Positions 24,101 through 36,100 of a DNA stretch of 64,000 bases are shown piece by piece. The DNA lies in NCBI RefSeq assembly GCF_032191835.1, contig NC_083226.1, positions 102,672,001 to 102,736,000 of the forward strand. Reading direction: 5' to 3'. The stretch comes from Heteronotia binoei (Eukaryota). The notes beneath the pieces are model-generated. The model saw only the letters and a list, made by a program, of their open reading frames with translations, searched no databases and had not been told where the DNA came from. Made by a program: the position numbers and the translations under genes. Every line of letters begins with the position of its first letter. The stretch's first letter is position 1.

Positions 24101-27100
24101 TCGCAGGCTTCCTTGGGTAGCCCATCTGCATCCATGGGAAGCACAGATGTGGATAATAAACTATTTACAGGATCATCCACTATGGGCAATTTCAACCATT
24201 TAGTAGCCTCTGGACTCAACCCATACAGTTTGGAAAACAGATGTGAGTTAGATTTCGGCTTAGCCGGGTGTTCCCACTCCGCCTTAATAAGACTAAAAAA
24301 GAGGGCAGGCAAGCGCACCCTGGTCTGAGAAACCCCCACTTTGGGCATCATTTTCCCTGAGCCTGCGGGCAGGTCAGGGTCCAATTCTGCCTTCTCTCTG
24401 GGTGTGGCAGTAAAGTCCAGTTGCCTGAGGACCTTAGGGAGCAGTTCAGAATAATATTCCACTGGAAAAATCCTAAATTGCACTGAAGGAGTAGCATCCT
24501 CCTCCTCAGAGAGTTCCCCTTCCTCTTTTGCAGAGGAATCTGCTGAAGAGTCAGGCTCCTCTTCCTCCTGAGAACTATCACAGGGAGAGTCCAAGCTCAT
24601 ACCCAATTATGCTTTCTTTGGGTCTGTAGGAGCTGTGGTAATATCTAGAACTGCTTGCCTCTTCCTTATCTGGGGGTGAGAAAGCACAGTAGAGCCTAGG
24701 GCAGGGGCAAACTCCTTGCTCAATTCTCTTTTTAACCAAGTGAGTAAGTTAAACTTGGCATCCTCTCCAGTTAAATCCGGTTCAGAATCCTCTTGATCTT
24801 TTTCGGAAGCAGAACCTGAGTACTTTGGGATGGAAAAATCACTGCTTGAGCCTGTCTCACTAGTCTGTCCCTGTCCGTCAGCCATCTTAGTTACAGGAGA
24901 AGGCTGAAATGAAAGTGAAAGGGGAGAGGGAGAAGCCTCCGTTACCAGGCTAACTGCCTAAAATGGTGACCCCTTCTGCTTAGTAAAGAACCGCCCCCCC
25001 AGGCCATGCTAACCGTGCCTGAGTTGGAGAGGTCTGCTACGGCATAAGCCTTTCCCCACCCCCGTTCAGAAGGGGTCCTGGGAAACTGCTGTAAGCTACC
25101 GGGTGGGCTTCCCTCATCCCAGCGGAGCCCGTCCCAAGCAAAAAAAATAGTCCGCGCATCACAACGAGCTTTCCCGCTCTCCCTCAGACAGCTTACCACA
25201 TCCTCTCGAGTAGACACGCTGTCTGAGTGAACCACCAAGTGCTCTCAGTCGCGCTGGACCTCAGTCGTCTGCACTACGCCCGCTGGCGCTGTGTGGGACC
25301 ACAAAGTTGGACTTTCCACTCTCCACCCCGCCTCAACAGGCTTAGGAGGGGCGACCTCGCTCTCCGCGGCAATCCCCAGTTGTGCCGCCTTTGCTGGGTA
25401 GAACCCAACGCTGGTGGTAAAATGCTCTGCCCGCTGCCATTGCGGCTGAAGAACCAGGTGGCAGAGACTTTCTCGCAAGGAGACCTCGTTCTGTGGATCA
25501 CTGTGCTCCGACGCACGACGAACACGCCCTGTCTTGTAACAGGGCAGTTTGGACTGGGGAGTTTCCAATGGAGCAGCCCCTCCCCCAGGCCGAATCAAAC
25601 CATCAACGACCCTGTTTCCGGAGGAGGAGCCTACTCCCAACAGTTTCGGACCGTCCCACTACCAAGGACCACTGGAGAACAGAGATTTTAAAAATACAAA
25701 CACTATACAGAATTTAAAAATACAACAGCCAAACAAACTCCAAAACATATAATAAGAGAACAATAAAGTCCAAGTTACTTTCCCATAAAACAAACTAAAT
25801 TACAGTGGTCAGACCAATTTATTGCTGGGTCAGATGCAGCTATGGCCAAAAATTTTAGTTCTTTGTGAATAAAGAGAAACCATGTGAGTTATTGATCAGG
25901 AGAAAAAAATGTTATACAATAACTACAATCTTTTATCTGACTCTGAACTCCAGTTTTAATGGGTTATGCCAACCACGAGGAATTTTTATCTATGATCCAA
26001 GTAGAGGGGGCTATACAAAAGTCTCCAATTCTAGAATTCCACTAATACATAAGCACTTATCCAGAGGTATTTGAGTACACTGGCGAGTTAGCCTGGATGT
26101 TAGCACAGTTTGAAAATGGATAAATGTAAAGGCAAACCTTGGTTATAAAATGTGATGCTGTATACCCATATAAGCAGTACTAGATGATAGACAGATAGAT
26201 GATGGACAGACATATGATAAGACAGATGATAGACGGACAGACATATAAGACAGATGATAGATGGACAGACACATGATAGACTGACAGACAAATGATAGAC
26301 AGATGGACAGATGATGGACGGATGATAGTGTTGGAATACAAGTTATGCACATTTCAGATATTATAGAGTTAACTGTTTGTTTACCTGACAGAGGAAGTGA
26401 TGTATTGTAACCTAGACCCAATTGTGAACTGAGTCTTCTAAGCCCAGAAACATGTAAACATAGCACTGGTCAGAAAGAACATTAGGTGTGAAAAATTTTG
26501 ATGATGTATGAAAGCTGAATTGCTCTTTTTCCTGTTCTCAGTGTTTTCTGGAAAGATCTGCTAGACAAATCTGCAATCTGTAGCCATGTAGAGGTCAGAA
26601 ACCGTTAGACTAGCTGGTAAGCTAAGTTGTATTTCTTTTTATCCCAAGTACCCCATCCTGATGTTTTCTAGTAAACTTTCTTTTGATAAGCTTAAGCCTC
26701 GCCTCCAATTATTGCCACTCCACATCTCTGAATTTTCATGTATCTTCAACAGATAGACAGACGGACTGATGATGGACGGATGATAGACAGATGGACAGAT
26801 GACAGACGGACCACCGGGTGGGCGGATGGACTGGCGGACAGACGGACCGACCGACGACAGACAGATGACAGACAGACAGAATGCTGCACAAATAGGAAGC
26901 TGTATTTCAGTTTGACACGGTCGATTATGATCTAATGACACACCGCCTTGCCGACATAGGAGTTCAGGGTATTGCCTTACAGTGGTCTTCCTCCTTTCTC
27001 CATGGTTGGGGACAAAGGGTGGCCCTTGGCAAGCAGACCTCTTTGCAACACCCACTCGAGTGTGGTGTACAGCAAGGAGATATCCTCTCGCAAATGATGT

Positions 27101-30100
27101 TTAACATCTATATGCTCCCCCTTGCCCAGATTGCTCGAGGTTTTGGGCTGAGTTTTCACCAATACGTGGATGACACCCAGCTCAATCTGTTGATGGATGG
27201 CCATTCAGACTTCACCCTGGATCATCTGACCAGGGCTTTAGAAGCTGTGGCTGGATGGTTGCAACAAAGCCGGCTGAAGCTCAATCTAGTCAAGACGAAG
27301 GTCCTGAACCTGAACCGAGGAGGATTAGAGTCGGGCCTCTGACTCCCAACCCTGGACGGTGCATCTCTTGTGCCAGCTCAGAAGATGAAGAGTCTGGGAG
27401 TGACACCGGATTCCTCACTTACCATGGAAGCCCAGGTCACAGCAGTTGCTTGATTTTATTTTGGACCTATAATCGTTTATCCTGTATGATGTGCCCTTCC
27501 CGCCTGAGAGTCACTTTTTATTGTTTTATTGTTCTTACTTAATTTTAATGTATTGTTTTAATTCTGAATTGCAGGTTTTTATTGTTATTACTGTATGTTG
27601 TGACCTGCCTGAGTCCATTCACGGGAAAGGGCAGAATATAAGCCTACTATATAAATAAAAAATAAATCTATTACTGTCCCTTTTAAACAGTTTCAAAAAT
27701 TTTAAAAATGGAACCAGATATCATTTGTCTATTTGTGACTAAATATCCAGTATAAAAGTTTAGTGTCAGCCTGGGGGAAAAAACCCACTGAAGATTTCTC
27801 AGAATAGAATAGTACTGAAAGATTTGGAATCTGCAGCCCAACTGTTAGAAATACCTTATAGACATAAAAGGCCAGCTGTCTTGGCGATGACTCACCCATT
27901 CTCCCATATAGCTGAACCATATGTCACTCAATATCCATGGAGAGCAACCCCACTCTCCAGCCCAGGACAGATGACGACTGCGCCACTAGGGAAGCTGCCT
28001 GTGCATCCGATTAGCCCATCCCACCAGGTTCTCTACTTTCTCTCAGTGGCTGTTGCTTGGCAACCATAGTTTTCAAAGCTTTGTTCTGTCAGTAAAAGGC
28101 AGCAGGAAGAGGCCCTTTCCAGGCCATTTTTGGCATTTGAGGGAGAACTCATTGCATCCAGTCCTGGCTAGGGTTGCCAGCTCCAGGTTGGGGAATTCCT
28201 GCAGATTTTGTGGTAGAGTCTAAGGAAGCCAGAGTTTGGGAATTGTTTTAATTCTGAATTGCAGACTTTATTGTTATTACTGTATGTTGTGACCCACCCT
28301 GAGCCCGTTCACGAGAAAGGGCGGAATATAAGCCTACTAAATAAATAAAAAATAAATAAATCTATTACTGTCCCTTTTAAACTGCTTCAAACATTTAAAA
28401 AATGGAACCAGATATAATTTGAGAAGCCTCAGCTGAATAGCATGCCATAGAGTCCACCCTCCAAAGCAGTTCTTTTCTCCAGGGGCAGAGAGATCTGTTG
28501 TCTGGAGTTCAGTTGTTATCCCAGGAGATCTTCAGGCTCCATCTAGAGGTTGGCTACCCTAGGCCTGGCAGCACTCTCTGGGAGACTTGGTGCCACCTGA
28601 CTGGCACAACTTAACTAGGCCTGGCTGCTTGCTGCTGTCCAGTCCCCCTATGACAGCCAGTGTGGCATATGAAGTAGCACTTCAGAGCAGGGTCTGACAA
28701 ACCCAGGTTATTGCTGTGGAAGTTGACTGATTTGGGCTAGTTATGGAGTTTCAATCTAACCTACCTCACAAGGTTGCTGTAAAGATCAAAAGGGGGAGAA
28801 GAGAATTATGTAAGCTGCTTTGGTTCCCCCCATTGTGGAGAAAGACTGTCCTTTTCCTAGGTAGAGGCTGCAGGGAGGGGGGAGGAGATGGAAAGCTAAA
28901 GTCAGAGGGGCACATAAAGATAGGTTGATGATTGGCTGGGAAGGAGATAAGGTTGTCAAATCCAGGTTGAGAAATTCCTGAAAGGGTGGAGCCTGTAGCA
29001 GGTGGGGTTTGAAGAAGGGTGGGACATCAGCAGGGCTTTTTTGCAGCAGGAATTCCTTTGCATATTAGGACACACACCCCTGATGTAGCCAATACTCCAA
29101 GAGCTTACGGTAGGCCCTATAATAAGTCCCCTGTAAGCTCCAGGAGGATTTGCTACATCAGGGGTGTGTGTCCTAATATGCAAATGAGTTTCTGCTTAAA
29201 AAAACCCTCTAGACATCAGACAGGTATAATGCCATAGACTCCACCCTCCAAACCAGTCATTTCCTTCTGGGGGACCATTGTTGCCAATCTCCAGGTGATG
29301 GCTGGAGATCACTCAGAATTACAACTACTCTCCAGCTGGCATATGGCACTTCTCCTGGAAAAAATGGTGGACTCTGTGTCATTATACCCTACTGAGGTTA
29401 CTTCCCTCCTGCTTTAGTCCACAATGTGGAGAAAGATTGTACTTTGTACAATGTGGAGAAAGATTGTCGGGGGAGAGAAGATGGAAAGCTAAAGTCAGAT
29501 CAATTCCCCTACAGAAAATTGCCATCTTGAGGTGCATATTCTATATTAGGCCATAACACATCCATGCCAGGTCAAAAAAAACACGCCAAAAGCACACAGA
29601 TGCTAAAAACTGTATGGCCAAATATTTATTTATTTTATTTTATTTATATTTCACCCTTCCCACTGAAGGCAGGCTCAGGGCAGCTCACAGACAAGAGGAA
29701 AAGATAGCAGCAGCACATTGCAAACAAAAGGAATGCCGAGCTTCAGAGTCTGCTTGATCATTGTCATGCTATGACACCACAGCCCCAAGGCGGGGCACTC
29801 ACCCAAAGTCTCTTTTTAGAGCCCACTGTATTTATTCCCACAACAGGCTTTATTCCTAGTCATTTTATAAAAGTAAAAACAACTAAAAAAATTTAAAGCA
29901 CAGAAATTTACCTATGTGGATTATCAGCAAACCTCTTGTCATCAAACAGTATGCGATCCCTCAATCCAACGATCTCATCATACCCAGGAAGGAAAATTAA
30001 GACTGCTCCTTTAGGATAAAAATTCTGAAGTTAGGGGAATTAGAGAACATATCTGCACTGTTTATGAGCCCATTCAAACTAAGTCCTGGCTGATGTGTTC

Positions 30101-33100
30101 CATTTACAAATGGCAAGAAGGTTTGTACATTCAAGGTTTAGGTGCTTTTCTACAATATACAGAAAGATTTATTCTGTAATGTGAAACAAGACCTGCATAC
30201 CTACATTCATATGCATATCCACTGTAAGAGATGGGAAGTGGCTTAAGTAAGTGGCACATGCTCACAAATAAAAACTAATCTTAAGAGCAGCCAGAAAGTA
30301 CATCTAGTAACTTAAGTAGTATGAAGTCAAATACTTTTAGGAAGTTCATAAAGACATCATGCAGACCTTGATTGTTCAGTGGAGAATGTGCACATTTTGC
30401 TCAGAGGAGTATATTTACTAGTATGTACACAAGGTACAGAACCTTTTTTGGTCAAAATACCCTCAATATCTACCCGTGAATATGTTGGCACACTGGCACA
30501 CAGGAGGATGAAGACAAGAGTCATACTTGGCGAGACACCTGCGAACAAGCTGAGCCTTACTGCCATCAATTCAGTCCTTTGTGTAGAGAACCAGATTGGC
30601 TTGCTGAACAAAATGGGCTGGTGTGCCTCTGTTTAGTATACATGCTGGGGGTTGCCTACCATTGGAGTAGGATGAACAACTCTTTCCCAAACTTGGGCTT
30701 TTAACAATCTGTTAAATTGGAAATAAAATTATATTTGTTTTACCTGCATCACAGCTATGACAGATATTATACAGTAGATGCATAATGAGGTCAAGATCCA
30801 CCTTTTCATCATCAAAACTGTGATGATAAGCTTTCAAGAGTTCTCTGTCTTCTGCACTAAGTTCTCCAGCATTCACATGGACCAAGGAACTTTCATCTAG
30901 ATTGCCAAACTCTAGTGAGGCACTGAAATATATACATACAATACAAATAAAAACACAACACTTGTACAGTAAGGCAACAAGTGTTAATCACTTAATATAT
31001 ATCCTGAAGCTGCTCAAGTCTATATAGTATTGACATTTCTGGTTCAAATTACATTCCTTTCCTTCATTCATGTTTTGAATAAAATACACACCATTAGGCA
31101 ATATTTACACAGGCCTTCATTAACGGTCCTTAGAACTGACTGATATTGCATTAGGCACATACAAAAAATCCCCATGATCACCATGTAAAATCTAATAAGC
31201 AATCACTGTGATTTGTGGAAAAATCTGTTATTGTATCTCAAACGCTTGGTTAAAGAGCAGCTTCAAAATAAATACAACACACAGGCCAGGATCCAAGGAA
31301 TCACCCACAAGTCTATATGGACTAGAGCAGGGGTGTCAAACGTGCTCTAATCCATATAGAGGGTTCCTATCAGGCCCACGAGAAAGTCTGCTTTCTTCTC
31401 CCTCTCTCTTGCTTCCTTCTGTGTCACAGCTTGCTTTGCCAGGCTTGTTCAATCACACAGGAGCTACAGATCAAAGCCTCTATTTTCTCTATTGGCTGAG
31501 GCTCCTTCCTTGGGGAGGAGGGAGAGCTTGCTTTGCCAGGCTCTCTCAATCGTATGTGAATAAACACACAACCACAAATGGTTATAGTGACCAACAATTA
31601 CTAAGACTATATTACATCACAATAATATAATAAGTGAGAATACACAAATACATAGAGACATAAACAAAACTCTCATAGTGCATTCATAGAAGACAGCAGA
31701 GCACCAAAGTGCAGGGAGGAGACTTGTAGCTCCTGCTTGGACAAATCTTCAAGCAATGGAAAGCTCTACTCCGCTTTTCTTCAGATCAAATAATCCACGA
31801 ACCACAATTCATACAGCTTCACAGTTAAACAGTATCAACAACCTCTTCCATATAACACAAAAGTAATCTCACAATATTTCATGCAAGGACATATAGTCTC
31901 AAAGAACAGGCACCAGCTCAGGAATGGCTCAATCGTACAGCCTCTTTTCCTCCTATTGATTGAGGCGCCACCCCCTCCTCATCCCTTGGAGAGGGAGGGA
32001 AAGAGCCAGAACTTCCTTTGCCCAGTTCCCTCAATCACACGGGAGAGATACAAAATCTTTGTGTTTGTCTGTGTCATTTACAAAATTTATACCTCTGCTT
32101 CCAGGCATTACATTTTATGATACACAAGGCTCGGCCCAAAAAGATCTTATTTATGTCCAATCTGGCCCTCATAACAAATGAGTTCGACACCCCTGGACTA
32201 GAGGGCACTATGCTTGTGTTTTAAGAACAATGAAATTAACAAGATTGGGGTAGCAGTGGAATAAACTGCAGAAGAACAACACTCACCACAATAAATAAAA
32301 TCTAATGTATTTCCAAAAGTTTTACATATATTCTATATGGACAAGAGGGCACTATACTTGTGTTTTAAACACAGCTTCTAGCATGAGAGGAGATTTTGAA
32401 AACAGAATCTTGTGATACTGGCATAGCTAGTCTAAGCATGTGTGAGCTGATGATCATGCCCAAGTCATCGGATACACTTCAAGCAACATGCTCATCTCTT
32501 CAGGTTGCAACAACTGAGGTTCATCCAAGTAACTGCAACTAGACTGATCTTGGTAACATTGCGATACTGAACTGGTGAAATTTTTAAGTCTAAACTACAT
32601 TATATACAAGAAATCCTGCCTGTTAAATGCTTTGCATACAAGTTAGAGCAGGTTTCTGAACTGCCAAAGTCAGATGAAGTCCCTCAGTACCTAGCTCTGT
32701 TAATTGGAACTTGATTTGCATAGACCCAGTGGTGGCAGAGAAATGAACCTGCTTCATCATCATCACCAAATAATAGTCACAAAAATGTGCTCTAGTCTGT
32801 GTCTGAACCTGTTTGGCATGAGTTTTATCTATCAGCACACTAAAGGTCTGCCAATTTGCTTAAACAACCTGTTCCTTCATGAATCAAGGAGCAGAGTATG
32901 CACTGCAAGAAGGGAAAGTGTCAAGTACCTGAACCATCTATGAATTTCAGAGAGCACACAAAGCTTCAAAAAGGACACAGCACTACACACTGCATTTAAT
33001 TCTGAAATTAGGTAATGTTACCAATAGGATTCCAACAGGTCAACCACTTCTGTTTGTCCAAAGTGTTTAGCCCAGTCCAAAGCTGTCCTATAATAATTAA

Positions 33101-36100
33101 ATCAAAATCAATCAATCAATCAATCACAAAAGCAGCAAAAAAGGTTTTCAATCCTATTCATCTACATTCAGCATAATATTTCTAGTCTGAGTCTTCCTGC
33201 ACTGTACAATTAATTAGGCTTCATATAACTGAACACAGCAGTGATTCCATTTGATATTTACAAAAAAATAGCTAGGATTTTAGTTGTTTGTACATTTTGC
33301 AGCAATTTATACAAACACAAAAAACAGTCAAAAGCTGAATGAATATAGAACCCAACCAAATTTATGAATGCCAGAAACAACACAATGGTTTGTAAAGGTG
33401 TTGCTCCTCTACTTACATACTGGGTAAGTTGTAATCTTTTCCATCTTCTCTACTACCTTTAAACAGGATACTATGTCACCATTTATTTGTAGTCACATTT
33501 AGAAACAAATGTTTATCTAACACAAAAAGTAGTAAATAATTATAGTTCAACTCTTTTGTACTTATTTGGGGGTTTTTACCAGCCATTGGATGATTTGATG
33601 TGAACATTTGCTCCCATTCCAATCAACTGTTCAACCTGACTCAAGAATCCTCTTCCAGAAGCTACCATTAAAGTTGTTGCACTTGTCTCACTATGCCTGT
33701 AGTCCACTAGAACAGAAGAGAAACAGAACATTAATGCTTTTTTTCTTAAATTAAGGGAAAATGTTCAAGCAAGTGTTACATCTTTTTTTACTGTCATCTT
33801 TCATTGATCTGTAGTTACCTAAACTGCATGCTAATGCTTATGTACCTGGCATGAGCCCTGCTGAGCACAGGAGACCTACTTACAAGTAAACATGCAGAGA
33901 ATCATATTAAGAATATGAAAGCTACAAGAAACACTGGCTGCAACACACTGATTAAACTGAGATGCAACACAAACACAGCTTGTTCCTCTGCTCTCTTTGT
34001 CCTACCTCTCTCATCCTCTAGCACTGGGTGTTTTTAGGAAGTGGGTGGGGCCAGGTAGGGCTTTTACCCTGCAAGGCTTCTGATTGACTACTGGAGAGTT
34101 CATCAGCTGTGCAGATTTATTTAAAAATGTTTTGGCAGTAGCTGCCACCACAGCACAAGGATTGGTACTGTGCTACCGATGTTAAGATGTGGCAATCATT
34201 TTGTGGCTGGCTCTGCCTCTTGCAGAAATCATTTTATGGCCACCATTTTGTTGCTGTGCTCACCATGCAGTGTCAGAATTCCAAATGTGCTCACAGGATC
34301 CAAGAGGTTTGAGAGGGGACCCCTGCCTTAGCCCATAGTACTTGTTTGAAAACTTTCTGGTTTAGTAAAGTTTCAGTTTATTTTGATATTAAAATGTCTT
34401 GATGAATTGTAATTTTATTCCCCACTAACAGATTGCAAACTGAGATTGAACACAGTTTTAGATTTTCAATTTGTGAGAAGTAGATATAATCCCACTTACA
34501 AAGACACCGGCATTCAAATGTCATGGCAAATTGGAGCTTAAGCAAACCAGGAAATTTTCAATCAAGCAGAAGAAAGTCAGAAGAAAAGAGAACTGAAAGG
34601 AATGAGAGGAGCACAGAAACATTCATGCATGATCACAGTTTAATTATCGCCTGTTGGGACATCTGAATGCAACCACTATTCTAGTTCATCAGGTTTTAAC
34701 TCATTTACTAAACCTAATGTTATAGAAGAGAGTCCCCAGTGCGGTGTCTGTGGGTGCCATGGCACCTCCAACACTTTTTCTGGTGCCTGGCAAGTGTGCT
34801 TAGAAAGTGGGTGGGGCCAGGTGGGTCTTTTGCCCATCAAAGCCAATGGAGATTTGACTGGCTGAGCAGATTTTTAAAAGCACTGCTTTGGCAACAGCTG
34901 CCATCACATCTTCACTGTGTTAACTGAAGGTAAGCTGTGGCCACCACTGAGTCCTTGGCTTCACCTCCTGCAGCAGCCATGTGCCCACCATACTGTTTCA
35001 GAATTCCAAAGGTACCTGCAGGCTCAAAAAGGCTGCGGACCCCTGTTGTAGAATATTACGACAGTCTAAAAATATTTTAATTAATCTCCAGAAAGCTGGT
35101 GGCATTAAAAAAAATAAACCTGAATTATGGTAAGAATGCAGTAATTTTTCAAGCAAATCATTCAGGCATATACAGCTTACAGATTTAGATGTATGATTCA
35201 AGAAGAAAAAACATTACCTGCATGAACTTACCACTGACATTTTCAGTTAAAATAAGGTGAAACACCTGTGCAAAGGCATCAACATCTTTACGCAACCAAA
35301 TATCAGAGAGACAAGCATCCATCTCTTTAATTAACCAAGGTTCAAGGCAATTGACATCTTTTTCAGCCTAGAATAAAAATGCAGAATACCATTACCCTCT
35401 AATTCTGAAAGTTATAAGGAACTGGCAAGGTATTTGGACCAATATTTCAAAGATGCTTCTAGCTTTGCTATATTGTAGATACTTATCAGGATTACAAGCC
35501 GGTATAAATCCCTTCTGCAATAATCAAGACTACTGGTTTCAGTCAAGAGCAACATGCATGAATATCCACAACTATAGCTGACATCTTTGCTGTTAGTGTT
35601 TTCTGTTCTTAATGGTACTTCCACCTCACCCCATATATAATCCACTACAAATGTAAAGAGCTTTACTATGGCACAATACCAGTCTCTATTCCAGGAGAAA
35701 TAACAAGCTCCACACACAAGCAAGCAGGCTGGGCTCTCTACCACTAGCAAAGAGGGCAGCTCCACATATTACCAAATGTAAAAGGCACAAGATCACTGTA
35801 ATTGATGATTTAATATTTCAAAAGTACCGTGATACCATTTGGAAAGGTGATCATATTCTCCCTATTGGCTAGTATCCCTTAAACTCAGGGAAATCTCTAT
35901 TATGCTTGTAGTGAAACACCTGACTGCAGTGAAAGAGAAGGCTAGGTAGAGTGCTTTGGCTCTAGATCATACTGCTCCCATTTCATAAAATATTTCCATC
36001 AACACAAAATCTCAGAATACTTATAAAGGTTTGTACCAATTGACTGAAAACTGTATCTCCACCATCATCCAACAAATCATATTCTTCAGCTACATTTGGA

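Larger units (their letters stand above)
20156..25679 (-). mobile_element. DIRS1-type retrotransposon B, full length, decayed (YTHDC2 intron 14)
   Basis: ITRs (25545-25679 vs 20156-20305); ICR 20527-20633 (59/61 complement to 20159-20219, second half complements 25635-25679); gag, RT, RH, MT, YR remnants. Confidence 0.95.

Noticed and set aside
9021-24328. Long plus-strand ORFs (9021-9500, 9996-10583, 13039-13662, 23645-24328) as separate genes
   Set aside because: They are antisense shadows of GC-rich DIRS coding regions with no recognisable motifs.
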